The notes below the pieces were generated by a model, which was given only the letters and a program-made list of their open reading frames with translations, searched no databases and was not told where the DNA came from. Positions 18,058 to 18,318 of a stretch of DNA of 18,318 nt are shown one piece after another. Position 1 is the first letter of the stretch; each line of letters begins with the position of its first letter. The position numbers and the translations under genes were made by a program. The DNA is from Zygnema circumcarinatum SAG 698-1b. Its lineage: Eukaryota; Plantae; Zygnematophyceae. The stretch spans positions 1 to 18,318 of the forward strand of contig JBBHKD010000030.1 in the NCBI GenBank assembly GCA_037447605.1, in the 5' to 3' direction.

Positions 18058-18318
18058 ATGAGGGCCTCTCTGATGAGATTGGGGACGATTGGGATAAGTT
18101 CAGAGATGAACTTATCAAACACTTTGGGGCCTTGGATCCCGGCTTGGAGGCCTGGGATAAGTTTCAGAACATGGTCCAAACCGGCGTCCAGCGGTTTTAG
18201 CGAGACTGCCGCGGCAATGGTACCCAATCCTGCTTCGCTGGCTTTGGAAACGGTGAGTTCTTTTTCCACTTGAGGAATGACTTGAAGCCACACACGAGGA
18301 AGCGAGCTGCTTGAACTA
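18058..18318 (+). pseudogene. gag: Resumed gag core of element A1
   Basis: 18058-18185 matches A2 11810-11937 at 126/128 nt (EGLSDEIGDDWDKFRDELIKHFGALDPGLEA). It then becomes garbled but stays colinear. Confidence 0.9.

Larger units (their letters stand above)
1241..18318 (+). mobile_element. Ty3/gypsy element A1 (5' LTR plus gag; interrupted by element B; continues beyond the window)
   Basis: LTR 1241-1969 followed by a PBS. gag from 2023 is homologous to A2 gag up to ATGAGG (2882-2887) and resumes at 18058 exactly where A2 gag continues (11810 onward). Confidence 0.85.

Noticed and set aside
1-18318. CRISPR array, rRNA, satellite array or host protein-coding gene
   Set aside because: There are no regularly spaced short repeats or rRNA signatures. 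Apart from the B cargo, every segment is accounted for by LTR retrotransposon parts.

Overview
There is no recognisable host gene in this window. It is a nest of LTR retrotransposons in a green-lineage (plant/algal) genome, judged from the TGGTATCAGAGC tRNA-iMet primer-binding sites. The outer layer is a decayed minus-strand Ty1/copia pol (1-~1240). A Ty3/gypsy copy A1 (5' LTR 1241-1969) sits in it. A1 gag is split at ATGAGG by a second gypsy family B (2888-18057) and resumes at 18058. B's 3' LTR is in turn split by a full-length A-family copy, A2 (10156-17405, TSD CGGCG/CAGCG). B and A2 both encode gag (CCHC knuckle), RT, RNase H, integrase and a chromodomain (chromovirus-type); protease is visible only in B. 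Three observations stand out. (1) Both families have a near-identical candidate -1 ribosomal frameshift cassette: G_GAA_AAC, a 5-nt spacer, then an 11-12 bp stem with the gag stop in its loop. (2) That cassette feeds an unrecognised, codon-conserved domain upstream of the protease. (3) B alone carries a ~1.6 kb extra segment bounded by an 8-bp direct repeat, with reversed strand bias and a promoter-like, palindrome-rich block, suggesting an antisense cargo unit. Caveat: clean blocks alternate abruptly with indel-riddled blocks, there are five 10-N gaps, and one RT block is duplicated across a gap. Many frameshifts and much of the LTR divergence are therefore probably sequencing or assembly error.
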